A stretch of DNA of 64,000 nucleotides from Minisyncoccota bacterium (GTDB lineage Bacteria; Patescibacteriota; Minisyncoccia; Phycocordibacterales; SBAW01). Under the pieces are notes generated by a model. It did no database searches and was not told the origin of the DNA. It worked only from the letters and a program-made list of their open reading frames with translations. Shown in pieces: positions 25,892 to 33,791 of the stretch (the first letter of the stretch is position 1; every line of letters starts with the position of its first letter). The stretch covers positions 128,001 through 192,000 of the forward strand of contig DASZWM010000006.1 of NCBI GenBank assembly GCA_035546615.1. Direction: 5' to 3'. Position numbers and translations under genes: made by a program.

Positions 25892-26674
25892 ATGGCTGAC
25901 AAGCCGCTTATTCCGAGTGCCGCATTCCATATCGACGAGATCAAGAAGCTCCGGGCCTCCAAGGAGGAGCGGAGGAAGACCTATGAGGCGGGTCTCGCCG
26001 AGGATCAGCAGGATATCGACGAGCACCTCGAATACCTGCGCGATAATCTCAAAGCCGGGGATACTACTGGCGACCGCATAACCGACCATGTACTGACCCA
26101 TTGGGGCGGCGACCCCGAGCGGGAAGAGTGGTATCGGGCTGCAGACGCCCGGCTCAAGGGCCACGGAGGGCAACTCGTACTGACCTTCGCGACCCAGCTG
26201 GTCGCAGAAGGTCCGTTCATCCGGCACATGGAGCACCCCGGGGCCAAACACATCATGGCCCCGCCGCGTCCGGCCAAAAAGCTGGTTACGCATTATCAGC
26301 TGGCGGTCCTGACCGGCGAGGAGCTCGTCTTGACCGATGCCTCGCCGCGCCTGCCGACCAAACAGTACATCGTCTGGTCGGTAAAAGAGGGTAACTCAAG
26401 CCCCCCGACCGTCGTCAACAGCCTCATTCCGAACGAGATGTTGCCGCTGCCGGCGAAGCCGGTATCAGGGGCGAGACCTCCCCAGTTCTCCCATCTTCTT
26501 GTCGACATCGACGACGTCGACGAAGACGTGCCGGTCGACAACCCGCTTTTTGTGGGCGACGAAGAGGTGGGCGAGCTCTTCAAGAAGAACGGCTGGCCCG
26601 AGAGCTTCTGGATACAATGCCTCAACAAGCTGGGCCGCTACGATCTCGTAGCGCCCGACCATCAGACTGCGTAA
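25892..26674 (+). CDS. Hypothetical protein (260 aa)
   Basis: GGAGA 8 nt upstream of the ATG; acidic, protein-like composition; no family recognised. Confidence 0.5.
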   Translation: MADKPLIPSAAFHIDEIKKLRASKEERRKTYEAGLAEDQQDIDEHLEYLRDNLKAGDTTGDRITDHVLTHWGGDPEREEWYRAADARLKGHGGQLVLTFATQLVAEGPFIRHMEHPGAKHIMAPPRPAKKLVTHYQLAVLTGEELVLTDASPRLPTKQYIVWSVKEGNSSPPTVVNSLIPNEMLPLPAKPVSGARPPQFSHLLVDIDDVDEDVPVDNPLFVGDEEVGELFKKNGWPESFWIQCLNKLGRYDLVAPDHQTA

Positions 26675-26687
26675 GCGGTCTCTAACG

Positions 26688-26722
26688 ACAACCCCCGCCG
26701 GGTCATACCGACGGGGTTTTTC
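26688..26722 (+). terminator. Rho-independent terminator after the 25892 gene (CCCCG...CGGGG plus TTTTTCTTT)
   Basis: Stem plus T-run. Confidence 0.6.
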
Positions 26723-26734
26723 TTTGCCAGCAAA

Positions 26735-26776
26735 AAAGAAAAACCGCGCGTCCCCGGTGCCAGGGAACGCGCGGCT
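26735..26776 (-). terminator. Rho-independent terminator for the minus-strand gene 26819-27160 (CCGCGCGT...ACGCGCGG; T-run on the minus strand)
   Basis: 8-bp GC stem; the minus strand reads stem plus TTTTTCTTTTTT. Confidence 0.6.
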
Positions 26777-26818
26777 CTTGCTTCGGCGTCGGTTGCCGAA
26801 CTTCCGCCGAAGCGAATG

Positions 26819-27160
26819 TCATGACTCAAGCAGAGGCTCCAGCAGCACTATGCTGAACCCGTCGTCCTTGGGGACGAAGTAGTGCAGCAGATACCACTGC
26901 CCGCCGTGCTTGAAGCGGACGACGGTCCTGGGGCTCCATGCCTCGGGTCCGTCGCCAACCATGATCGTGTCCGCCCCGCACGGCTCCGGAGGAATCACGT
27001 CGCCCTTCAGGTCTACCGCCAGCGCAATGGCGTCCGGCGCGTTCGGGCAGACGTAGCCCGTCATTTCCACTGGAGGCGGCGTCGGGGGGAGGCATGATAG
27101 CACGCCCATACCTGCCGATAGCACGGCGCCGCAGTACATGACTATCCCTGCTGTCATCAA
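26819..27160 (-). CDS. Hypothetical secreted / lipoprotein-like small protein (113 aa)
   Basis: Signal peptide MMTAGIVMYCGAVLSAGMGVLSC with a lipobox-like LSC; GGGAGGT SD 6-7 nt upstream. Promoter TGCTATAAT on the minus strand at 27201-27209. Confidence 0.55.
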   Translation of the reverse strand: MMTAGIVMYCGAVLSAGMGVLSCLPPTPPPVEMTGYVCPNAPDAIALAVDLKGDVIPPEPCGADTIMVGDGPEAWSPRTVVRFKHGGQWYLLHYFVPKDDGFSIVLLEPLLES

Positions 27161-27337
27161 AGAACCTCCCGTACGCTCGGGCCTCCGAGCTCGTACACAA
27201 ATTATAGCACCGGGTGAATCTTGAGTGAATAGAGGGCATGGAAGGTCGGCAAAACCCCTAAAAAGCTTTAAAACAAAGGCATATCGCCGTCAATTCACGC
27301 GTGTTTCAGGACCCTGTTTTTTGTCAAGGGACCCCTA

Positions 27338-27367
27338 TTGACCCTATTGACAAAAGTATGCTATCAT
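27338..27367 (+). promoter_or_regulatory. Candidate promoter TTGACC-N18-TATCAT, within a tandem CCTATTGAC x2 repeat, upstream of the SLT-like gene
   Basis: -35 at 27338-27343, -10 at 27362-27367; direct repeat CCCTATTGACCCTATTGACA. Confidence 0.4.
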
Positions 27368-27375
27368 TATCTTAT

Positions 27376-27406
27376 CTCCGGCGTCGAACCGGAGCTTTTG
27401 TTTTCT
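27376..27406 (+). terminator. Intrinsic-terminator-like hairpin (CTCCGG-CGTCGAA-CCGGAG plus CTTTTGTTTTCT) immediately downstream of the candidate promoter and ~45 nt upstream of the ATG. Possible attenuator or short transcript
   Basis: Perfect 6-bp stem plus T-rich tract on the plus strand inside a 5' leader. Confidence 0.4.
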
Positions 27407-27447
27407 AGGTCCCTAACCCGTTCCCGTGCCCCGTTCCCACGCCCCTT

Positions 27448-27885
27448 ATGAACATCACTGCTAGCGTCGCTATCGCAGTCTCCGCAGCGTTCAATGTGAC
27501 CCCTGCGCAGATGCCGCCCCTGCCGGCTCCGATGCCCCAGGTGCAGACCGTTAAGGAGTATGTAGAACAGTACTTTGCCGACGAGCCCATCCTTGCCGCT
27601 ATCGCGTCCTGCGAGTCGCAGTACCGCCAGTTCGACAAGAACGGCGACGTTCTCAAGAACAGCGCGGGCAGCTCGGCGGTAGGTCTCTTCCAGATTATGT
27701 CGTCCATCCACTCGGACTTCGCTGACGACAAGCTCGGCCTCGACATCAATACGCTCCAGGGTAACGCCGCCTACGCGCGCTACCTGTACGACAAGCAGGG
27801 CCTCAAGCCTTGGGAAGCGTCCAAAGCGTGCTGGTCCAAGAGCCAGGCATACAAGAATATGCAGGCTCTCGCCCTCAATAAGTAA
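27448..27885 (+). CDS. Transglycosylase-like (SLT / lysozyme-like) secreted protein
   Basis: AIASCESQYRQF...SSAVGLFQIMSSIHS...GNAAYARYLY resembles the SLT/transglycosylase-like catalytic motif (E-S ... GLxQI ... Y). Confidence 0.6.
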   Translation: MNITASVAIAVSAAFNVTPAQMPPLPAPMPQVQTVKEYVEQYFADEPILAAIASCESQYRQFDKNGDVLKNSAGSSAVGLFQIMSSIHSDFADDKLGLDINTLQGNAAYARYLYDKQGLKPWEASKACWSKSQAYKNMQALALNK

Positions 27886-28099
27886 AACAGCATAAGTAAT
27901 CTAAAACAAAAACCGTCCGGCTAACCCCGGGCGGTTTTTGTATAGTAAGGGTCAAAAAGGAAAGGGGCCGGTCCGAAGACTGGCCCCATACATGGTAAGA
28001 CGTCGAGACGTCCCGCGCCCTGAACGCTTTCAAAGCGGCCCACGCACCTTTATAGCGTACTGCATGCGGCACACAATCGCCAAGCGGGGATAGTGGATA

Positions 28100-28108
28100 T
28101 GCTAGAAT
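28100..28108 (+). promoter_or_regulatory. Extended -10 (TGCTAGAAT) 6 nt upstream of the ATG at 28115; leaderless-type
   Basis: TGn plus TAGAAT; no SD. Confidence 0.45.
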
Positions 28109-28114
28109 ACGGGT

Positions 28115-28630
28115 ATGAAAAAGCATCTTGCCTTGTTCGCCATTGGCGCCGTGTTCCTGCTTCCTCAGCCGGCCGCCGCCGCTTCTCTTACTCAGGCGCA
28201 GGTAATCGCCATCGTGAGCCTGCTCCAGTCCTTTGGCGCGGATTCCTCCGTTATCGCCAACGTCCAGAAGTCGCTGGGGGGCACTTCCATAACCGTTTCC
28301 AATACCTGCAAATCGAACCTGGTCGTTACGGCCGACACCGATACGGTCAATCTCAAGGTAGATAATTCCAAGGACCGCGGCAACGTGGTATTCACCCTCG
28401 ATATAACCTCCTGCAAGTCCTTCACTTCAAGTGCTGTACATATGCTCTTCGACAAAAGGGAAGCGTATCTGCCTATAGACACCAGCGGCACCAAGCAAAG
28501 CGACGGCACTTGGCGCTCCACCACCGACGCTACCGCAAGCGGCTCGATGTTCCGCACGACAGGGGAGCATCTGGTCATCTTCGACTACCAAGGCCTCACC
28601 ACGAGCCTCGTCATCAACGTCAAACCGTAA
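28115..28630 (+). CDS. Hypothetical secreted protein (171 aa) with a Sec signal peptide
   Basis: MKKHLALFAIGAVFLLPQPAAAAS; Thr/Ser-rich mature part. Confidence 0.6.
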   Translation: MKKHLALFAIGAVFLLPQPAAAASLTQAQVIAIVSLLQSFGADSSVIANVQKSLGGTSITVSNTCKSNLVVTADTDTVNLKVDNSKDRGNVVFTLDITSCKSFTSSAVHMLFDKREAYLPIDTSGTKQSDGTWRSTTDATASGSMFRTTGEHLVIFDYQGLTTSLVINVKP

Positions 28631-28642
28631 TACGTTAAAATA

Positions 28643-28672
28643 TTGACGATTCCACATATTTTGTGGTATTTT
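28643..28672 (+). promoter_or_regulatory. Promoter TTGACG-N18-TATTTT with TGTGG extension (TGTGGTATTTT) for the tautomerase-like gene
   Basis: -35 at 28643-28648, -10 at 28667-28672. Confidence 0.45.
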
Positions 28673-28716
28673 GTCCCTTGGCTAGATTTAACCAAGCGCC
28701 GAAGGACGCATAGTAA

Positions 28717-29076
28717 ATGCCGCAGATTACGCTTTGGTGCCTTCCGCATATGTCGGAAGGAAAACTGCGCGAGCTTCATAAGAGTGTCGTTGCAGCAGCG
28801 GTCAGCATCAAGGAGCTCGGACTCAAGGACGAGAACGATTTCCTGACCGTTTTTCCGGTCGATATGATGGAATACGGTCTCGGTACCGAGATCATGGTCC
28901 AGGTGTCGGAGCTCTGGGACAAGCCGGAGCGTACGCCTGAGGTCCGCAACCGCCTCGCTCAAGCGCTGGGCAAGGCGGTCAAGGAACTGTTCCCAGGTGC
29001 GCTCGTTGCAGCCCGCATCGACCCGCCCTTCAGCCCGAAAGAACATGGATTCTGGGCGTCAAATATGCCGGAATAA
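28717..29076 (+). CDS. Hypothetical protein, possibly tautomerase-like (N-terminal Met-Pro)
   Basis: Begins MPQITLW...; 119 aa. Assignment weak, based only on the MP start and size. Confidence 0.45.
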   Translation: MPQITLWCLPHMSEGKLRELHKSVVAAAVSIKELGLKDENDFLTVFPVDMMEYGLGTEIMVQVSELWDKPERTPEVRNRLAQALGKAVKELFPGALVAARIDPPFSPKEHGFWASNMPE

Positions 29077-29080
29077 TACC

Positions 29081-29140
29081 GGCCGACGAATGAAAAGCCT
29101 TCCGGCGATTCACTTCGTCGGCCGGCTTTTCTTTTATATA
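29081..29140 (+). terminator. Strong rho-independent terminator (ACCGGCCGACGAA...TTCGTCGGCCGGC plus TTTTCTTTT)
   Basis: 13-bp stem plus T-run; marks the left edge of the low-GC island. Confidence 0.75.
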
Positions 29141-29272
29141 AGCAGGGAAGTGGCTTCCCTCTTTGTGGCGAGAAAATAGAGTAGGTGGAAATCCCGCTTT
29201 ATAATTTTAGATTATTCCCAGATCTTTGAGTTTCTAAGGTAAGAATCCCTACCTGTCTTTATCGTAGAAACC

Positions 29273-30331
29273 CTATCCGTTCTTGGCAAGCTTGTCGGTG
29301 TTGGAAGGGTTTCCCGCACCACTGTTCTTAGGGGGTTTATTGTCAGATCCTCCACCGTCACTAACTTTATCTTTTTCTTTTCCATTTTCGTTACCCGGTT
29401 TAATTATACTTGCTTTATCTTGTTTTTGTAAAAGTTTATCAATAAAGCCTGTTATATCATCACTCCCATCATCTACGAGCATAAGATGGATAGAAAGTTT
29501 TTCCAGAGACTTCTTATATTCTTCACTAAATGGCATCTCATCAGCTTTAATTACATTAGGTAAATAGGACTTGAGAAGGCTATAGTCTACGACGTATCCG
29601 TGGTCAGGGCAGTCGTATGCTAGGAAATCAATAAAGTTATCGACCTTAGCTTGCTCCATCTCACTGTATTGAGTAAGAATCCGCTTAGCATACATTCTCC
29701 CAACATCTAGAGAGCGAGTCATTGTGCCGAGCTCTATTGTTTCCACTTTCTGAAGAAGGGGTTGATAGAATTTTGCAGAATAATCCAGCAACATTTCGGC
29801 AAGGGGTTTTCTCCCGATTTTCAATATCTCCTCAGTGACTTTCTTTTTAGAACGAAGTTGGTTGAACATTTCGAGCATACCTTGTCTTGAGCGAGCCTCA
29901 ATTTGTAAGAGACTGGCTTGTACATTCAAAGCGGATGACCACTGGCCTTCGGGGTCTGTGTCATCATCCTTCTTGACTTGTACGTCAATTGGTCCAAGTT
30001 CGCCGAAGTCACCAAGAACGACTCGGCTCGCGCCGAGAGTAAATATAGTGGCGGCGCTTTTTGCCCAAAACGGGATTACGACATTTACAATATCGAACTT
30101 CTCACGAAATGTTCTTATTAACCGATAGGCATCGTCAGCTTGTCCTCCTCCAGATTGAAGGATTATATCTACTTCTGCGCTATGTGGGGTGTCTTGCAGA
30201 CTCCTTCGGACTCTTACTACATTGATGCCACCGATTCCACCAAAGTAGACAAAAGTAGGTATTTCTCCTCTTAAATTTTGCAACACTTTAACCTCGGTGA
30301 GTACTTTTGGAATATCTCTCATCTCGGACAT
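29273..30331 (-). CDS. SDH-family (serine dehydrogenase proteinase, S49/ClpP-fold) putative peptidase with a Lys/Gly/Asp-rich C-terminal tail
   Basis: VDIILQSGGGQADDAYRLIRTF...VIPFWAKSAATIFTLGASRVVLGDFGELGPIDVQV parallels the SDH/S49 pattern (HTPGG ... AMSGGT ... LGPVDPQ). AT-rich codons. Confidence 0.6.
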   Translation of the reverse strand: MSEMRDIPKVLTEVKVLQNLRGEIPTFVYFGGIGGINVVRVRRSLQDTPHSAEVDIILQSGGGQADDAYRLIRTFREKFDIVNVVIPFWAKSAATIFTLGASRVVLGDFGELGPIDVQVKKDDDTDPEGQWSSALNVQASLLQIEARSRQGMLEMFNQLRSKKKVTEEILKIGRKPLAEMLLDYSAKFYQPLLQKVETIELGTMTRSLDVGRMYAKRILTQYSEMEQAKVDNFIDFLAYDCPDHGYVVDYSLLKSYLPNVIKADEMPFSEEYKKSLEKLSIHLMLVDDGSDDITGFIDKLLQKQDKASIIKPGNENGKEKDKVSDGGGSDNKPPKNSGAGNPSNTDKLAKNG

Positions 30332-30717
30332 AATATCTCTGTAGAGGCGCCTTGTAAATCAACATGCGTTTTGAGAAGGGAAATGGATTATGCTGTAAAG
30401 ACTTTATGATCCCGAGTTCATTGATAAACAAAAGGATTCTATCCGGGGAAGGGGTGCGGATTATTCTAGCCGAGATTCCCGGCCCTCTCTAGGTTAAAAG
30501 GTATATATAGGTCGCAAAAGGTATATTGTGCGACGTATCTACCCTTTAACTAATCCCGCACGCGGCGGGCTTCCCCATTTGATTTGCATCACTCAATTAA
30601 GTTTCCGCAGCGTATCAGTTTTTAACAATCTCCTTCCAGATCTGCGCTGTGCTTTTTCAACGAACTGGGTACTCCCCTGAACACAATAGTCGGACAGGGG
30701 AGCAAGTCCAGTTTTAA

Positions 30718-30726
30718 GGGGGGGGG
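30718..30726. repeat. Homopolymeric G9 (C9 on the minus strand) tract in the island's non-coding arm
   Basis: GGGGGGGGG at 30718-30726; an unusual simple-sequence repeat for this sequence and a potential slipped-strand site. Confidence 0.6.
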
Positions 30727-30773
30727 TATAAACTCCTCCTTTGCTTCCCTGCCCCAGCTTTCCCTTATGCCTA

Positions 30774-30803
30774 TTGACATACTTTATAATGATATGTTAT
30801 GAT
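30774..30803 (+). promoter_or_regulatory. Near-consensus promoter TTGACA-N18-TATGAT, followed by a leader hairpin (TGAAC-GGAAA-GTTCA) and a perfect SD (AAGGAGGTGA)
   Basis: -35 at 30774-30779, -10 at 30798-30803, GGAGGT at 30827-30832. Confidence 0.55.
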
Positions 30804-30836
30804 ACATGAACGGAAAGTTCATTGAAGGAGGTGACT

Positions 30837-31088
30837 ATGACGGAACGTCGCAGGAACATCCCGAAGGGCAAGACGAGAGTCATCGGCTGCGATCTCTTCG
30901 ATCGCAGCGATTACTTGGTCGGCGACTATCACAAGCGTGAAGACGCTTTCAAGATCGCCGACGAGAAGAACCGCGCTCGCACCGGCTCGATGGATGATGT
31001 CTATTACGTCTACGACGACACCGGCAAGTACATTCGCGGCGAGGAAGCCGTGAAGGAGCTGACCGGCGGCCTCGGCATCAGTCCGTAG
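30837..31088 (+). CDS. Hypothetical small protein (83 aa, MTERRRNIPKGKTRVIGCDLFDRSDYLVGDYHKREDAFKIADEKNRARTGSMDDVYYVYDDTGKYIRGEEAVKELTGGLGISP)
   Basis: Strongest expression signals in the window (consensus promoter, perfect SD, terminator); high-GC native codon usage; no family recognised. Confidence 0.6.
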   Translation: MTERRRNIPKGKTRVIGCDLFDRSDYLVGDYHKREDAFKIADEKNRARTGSMDDVYYVYDDTGKYIRGEEAVKELTGGLGISP

Positions 31089-31117
31089 GTCGAAGATGGG
31101 GCGATAGCGTAGCATTA

Positions 31118-31148
31118 GGCGGGAGAGAAATCTCCCGCCTTTTCTTTT
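31118..31148 (+). terminator. Rho-independent terminator (GGCGGGAGAGAAATCTCCCGCC plus TTTTCTTTT)
   Basis: 8-bp stem plus T-run. Confidence 0.75.
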
Positions 31149-31234
31149 GATACGTTTTGCGACGCCGCTTCAGATAATTGAATTTGTGCGACACTTATAA
31201 CCTCGCGACCCGGCTGGTACAATGACTGGTACGC

Positions 31235-31903
31235 ATGCGGTACAAAGATCAGATCCGGGCCCTTCTCTCCCCTGCGGAGCGCGCCGTCTTTAAAAAGTTA
31301 AAGACTCCAATGCTTGTACAGGACTACATTGAGGCCCTCCCCCAGAATTTTTCTTACAAGGCGGGGGACACCTGCCGCTCGGCGCGCCGGATATTGAAGG
31401 AAAAGAAGGCCTACTGCTTTGAGGGGGCGGTATTCGCCGCTGCCCTGCTCGCCTACCATGGCCGCACGCCGTGGCTCCTTGATCTCCAGACCACCAACGA
31501 CGACGAGGACCACGTGCTCGCGCTCTTTAAAGAGAACGGGCTGTGGGGCGCCGTCAGCAAGACCAATCATCCGGTCCTGCGCTGGCGCGACCCGGTGTAC
31601 AAAACGGTGCGCGAGCTTGCGATGAGCTTTTTCCACGAATACTTTCTGCCCGACACGGGGAAGAAGACGCTCCTTGCGTACTCCAAGCCTTTTGATCTTT
31701 CAAAATATAAGCCGGAGCTGTGGGTCACCTCAGAGAAAAGCCTGGACTGGCTGGCGGAGGACATGGACGCCTCAAAGCACTTCCCCATTGCAGACAAAAT
31801 CTCGCTTAAGCGAGCGCGCAAAGCATCGAAGCTTGAGCGCAAGGCACTGATGCTCGAAGAATGGAAACCGAAAACTAATTCTTCATCCCTATCCCCTTTT
31901 TGA
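31235..31903 (+). CDS. Hypothetical protein, possibly transglutaminase-like cysteine-peptidase fold
   Basis: KAYCFEGAVFAAALLAYHG...DDEDHVLALF suggests a Cys...His...Asp arrangement. Weak. Confidence 0.45.
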   Translation: MRYKDQIRALLSPAERAVFKKLKTPMLVQDYIEALPQNFSYKAGDTCRSARRILKEKKAYCFEGAVFAAALLAYHGRTPWLLDLQTTNDDEDHVLALFKENGLWGAVSKTNHPVLRWRDPVYKTVRELAMSFFHEYFLPDTGKKTLLAYSKPFDLSKYKPELWVTSEKSLDWLAEDMDASKHFPIADKISLKRARKASKLERKALMLEEWKPKTNSSSLSPF

Positions 31904-32648
31904 ACAGCGTGAGGATTATGATGAGGAACGCGGCGGTGAGCGCCAGCAATATGCCGAAGGAAAGCCCGACGGGCACGTCCGACTGCCCCAGGAATCCGTA
32001 GCGGAACGCGTTGACCATATAGAGTATGGGGTTGAAGAGCGACACGGTCTGCCAGAACGGCGGGAACTGCTCTATCGAGTAGAACACTCCCCCGAGGAAC
32101 GTAAGCGGCGTCAAAATGAACGTCGGCACGATGGAAATGGAATCGAACGTATTGGCGAACATCGCGTTGAGGAATCCGGCCAGCGAAAAGAGCACGCAGG
32201 TAAGCACGAAGGCGGCCAGCACGATGAATACGTTGTGGACAACCAGATGCGTGAAGAAGAGCGCCGTTATGAGCACCAGGACCCCGATGACGCAGCCGCG
32301 GATGATGCCGGCGGTGACGTAGCCCGCCACTATCGTCCAGTTGGGCATCGGCGAGACCATCATTTCCTCGAGGTTCTTCTGGAACTTGGCCATGAACAGG
32401 GCGGTGGAGGTATTGCTGTAGGCGTTCATGATTATCTGCATCATCACCAGGCCCGGGACGATGAACATAATGTATGAAACGCCGTGGACGGCCGGCAGCT
32501 GGGAGCCGATGAAGGTGCCGAAGACCAGGAAGTAGAGCGACGTGGTGATGACGGACGGCAGGAACGTCTGCTGCCACAGGCGGAACATGCGCCATGAGTC
32601 CTTGCGGACGACCGTGAGATACGCGATGAATATTTTTTTAGGGGTCAT
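31875..32648 (-). CDS. ABC-2 type transporter permease
   Basis: Six predicted TM helices, ABC-2 signature region; sits just downstream of the ABC ATPase gene (2-nt gap). Confidence 0.85.
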   Translation of the reverse strand: MTPKKIFIAYLTVVRKDSWRMFRLWQQTFLPSVITTSLYFLVFGTFIGSQLPAVHGVSYIMFIVPGLVMMQIIMNAYSNTSTALFMAKFQKNLEEMMVSPMPNWTIVAGYVTAGIIRGCVIGVLVLITALFFTHLVVHNVFIVLAAFVLTCVLFSLAGFLNAMFANTFDSISIVPTFILTPLTFLGGVFYSIEQFPPFWQTVSLFNPILYMVNAFRYGFLGQSDVPVGLSFGILLALTAAFLIIILTLFKKGIGMKN

Positions 32649-32649
32649 A

Positions 32650-33399
32650 TTATATATTTTCCTTCGGGCCGTCGGAATCGATCATCGAGACGAATATGTC
32701 CTCCAGGCTCTGGTCGCCGTGGCGCTTCAAGAGCGACTCCATGCTCTCGCTTGCGAGTATCGCGCCCTTGTTGATGATGGCGATGTTGCGGCACAGGGCC
32801 TCGGCCTCCTCCAGATAATGCGTGGTGAGGATGATGGTAGTCCCTTCTTTGTTGATGCGGCGCAGATAGTCCCACATCGAGCGGCGCAGCTCAACATCTA
32901 CGCCCGCCGTCGGCTCGTCCAATATCAGGAGGCGCGGCTTGTGGATGAGCGCGCGGGCTATCATGAGCCGGCGCTTCATGCCGCCGGAGAGCTTTTGGCC
33001 CATCTGGTCCTTCTTGTCCCACAGCCCGAGCTGCTTGAAGAGCCCTTCCGCCTCCTTGAGCGCCTCGCGGCGCGGGATGCCGTAGTAGCCGGCCTGGTTG
33101 ACGACGATATCGATGGCCTTCTCGAAGATGTTGAAGTTGAACTCCTGCGGCACGACGCCGATGTACGATTTCACCTTTTCCGGCTCCGCGTCTATCGAGG
33201 CGTCGAAAACCCGCACCTCTCCCCCGCTCTTTACCACGAGGCCGGTAAGCACCCCGATAATGGTGGTCTTCCCCGCCCCGTTGGGGCCCAGAAGCGCGAA
33301 AAAGTCGCCCTCCGTCACGGAAAGGTCTACGCCCCTGAGGGCCTGCGTGCCGCCCTTATAGGTCTTAGTGAGTCCCTTGATAGATACCGCTTCGGACAT
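32650..33399 (-). CDS. ABC transporter ATP-binding protein (start likely at MSEAVSIKG)
   Basis: Walker A GPNGAGKTT, signature LSGGMKRR, Walker B LLILDEPT. TGCTATACT extended -10 8 nt upstream (33408-33416 on the minus strand). Confidence 0.9.
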   Translation of the reverse strand: MSEAVSIKGLTKTYKGGTQALRGVDLSVTEGDFFALLGPNGAGKTTIIGVLTGLVVKSGGEVRVFDASIDAEPEKVKSYIGVVPQEFNFNIFEKAIDIVVNQAGYYGIPRREALKEAEGLFKQLGLWDKKDQMGQKLSGGMKRRLMIARALIHKPRLLILDEPTAGVDVELRRSMWDYLRRINKEGTTIILTTHYLEEAEALCRNIAIINKGAILASESMESLLKRHGDQSLEDIFVSMIDSDGPKENI

Positions 33400-33465
33400 G
33401 AAGTCCCAGTATAGCAAAAATCCCCCGGCAGGGGGATTTTTGCGAGAGGATAGTCCCGAACGGGA

Positions 33466-33675
33466 TTACATCATCTTCTTCCAGTCCAGCAGCGCCCAGA
33501 CGCCGGCGAGGCCGACGAGGACATAGACTACTGCCTCAACCTGCATCCACGCCCCGAGGAGCAGGTGGACGACGTTCCAGTCCGCGCCGCCAACGAGCCA
33601 GCCGAGGCCCACAAGGCCCCAGTTAAGCGCGCCGACCACGAGAAGGAGGGTTGCGATAGGTTTAAGTGCTTTCAT
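33466..33675 (-). CDS. DUF378-family small membrane protein (start at MKALKPIATLLLVVGALNWGLVGL)
   Basis: Matches the DUF378 consensus (IA..LL..G.LNWGLVG...). TATACA hexamer 7 nt upstream of the ATG. Confidence 0.7.
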   Translation of the reverse strand: MKALKPIATLLLVVGALNWGLVGLGWLVGGADWNVVHLLLGAWMQVEAVVYVLVGLAGVWALLDWKKMM

Positions 33676-33791
33676 AGCAGTTTGTATACGGAAATAGTGA
33701 GAGTGTAGGTAAGAATCGCGGCTCGACCGCCCGCTCACATCAGTATGAAGCTTTCAGGATGGATTGAAAGGGAGCGCTGTTGATATCTATC

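Larger units (their letters stand above)
29141..30770. other. Low-GC (~40%) island within a ~60% GC background: one ClpP-fold protease-like gene plus ~450 nt of AT-rich non-coding DNA. Likely horizontally acquired
   Basis: Abrupt compositional shift and different codon usage. Internal repeats (AAAGGTATAT x2, inverted repeat GTCGCA/TGCGAC, G9 tract). No integrase or obvious direct repeats found. Confidence 0.55.
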
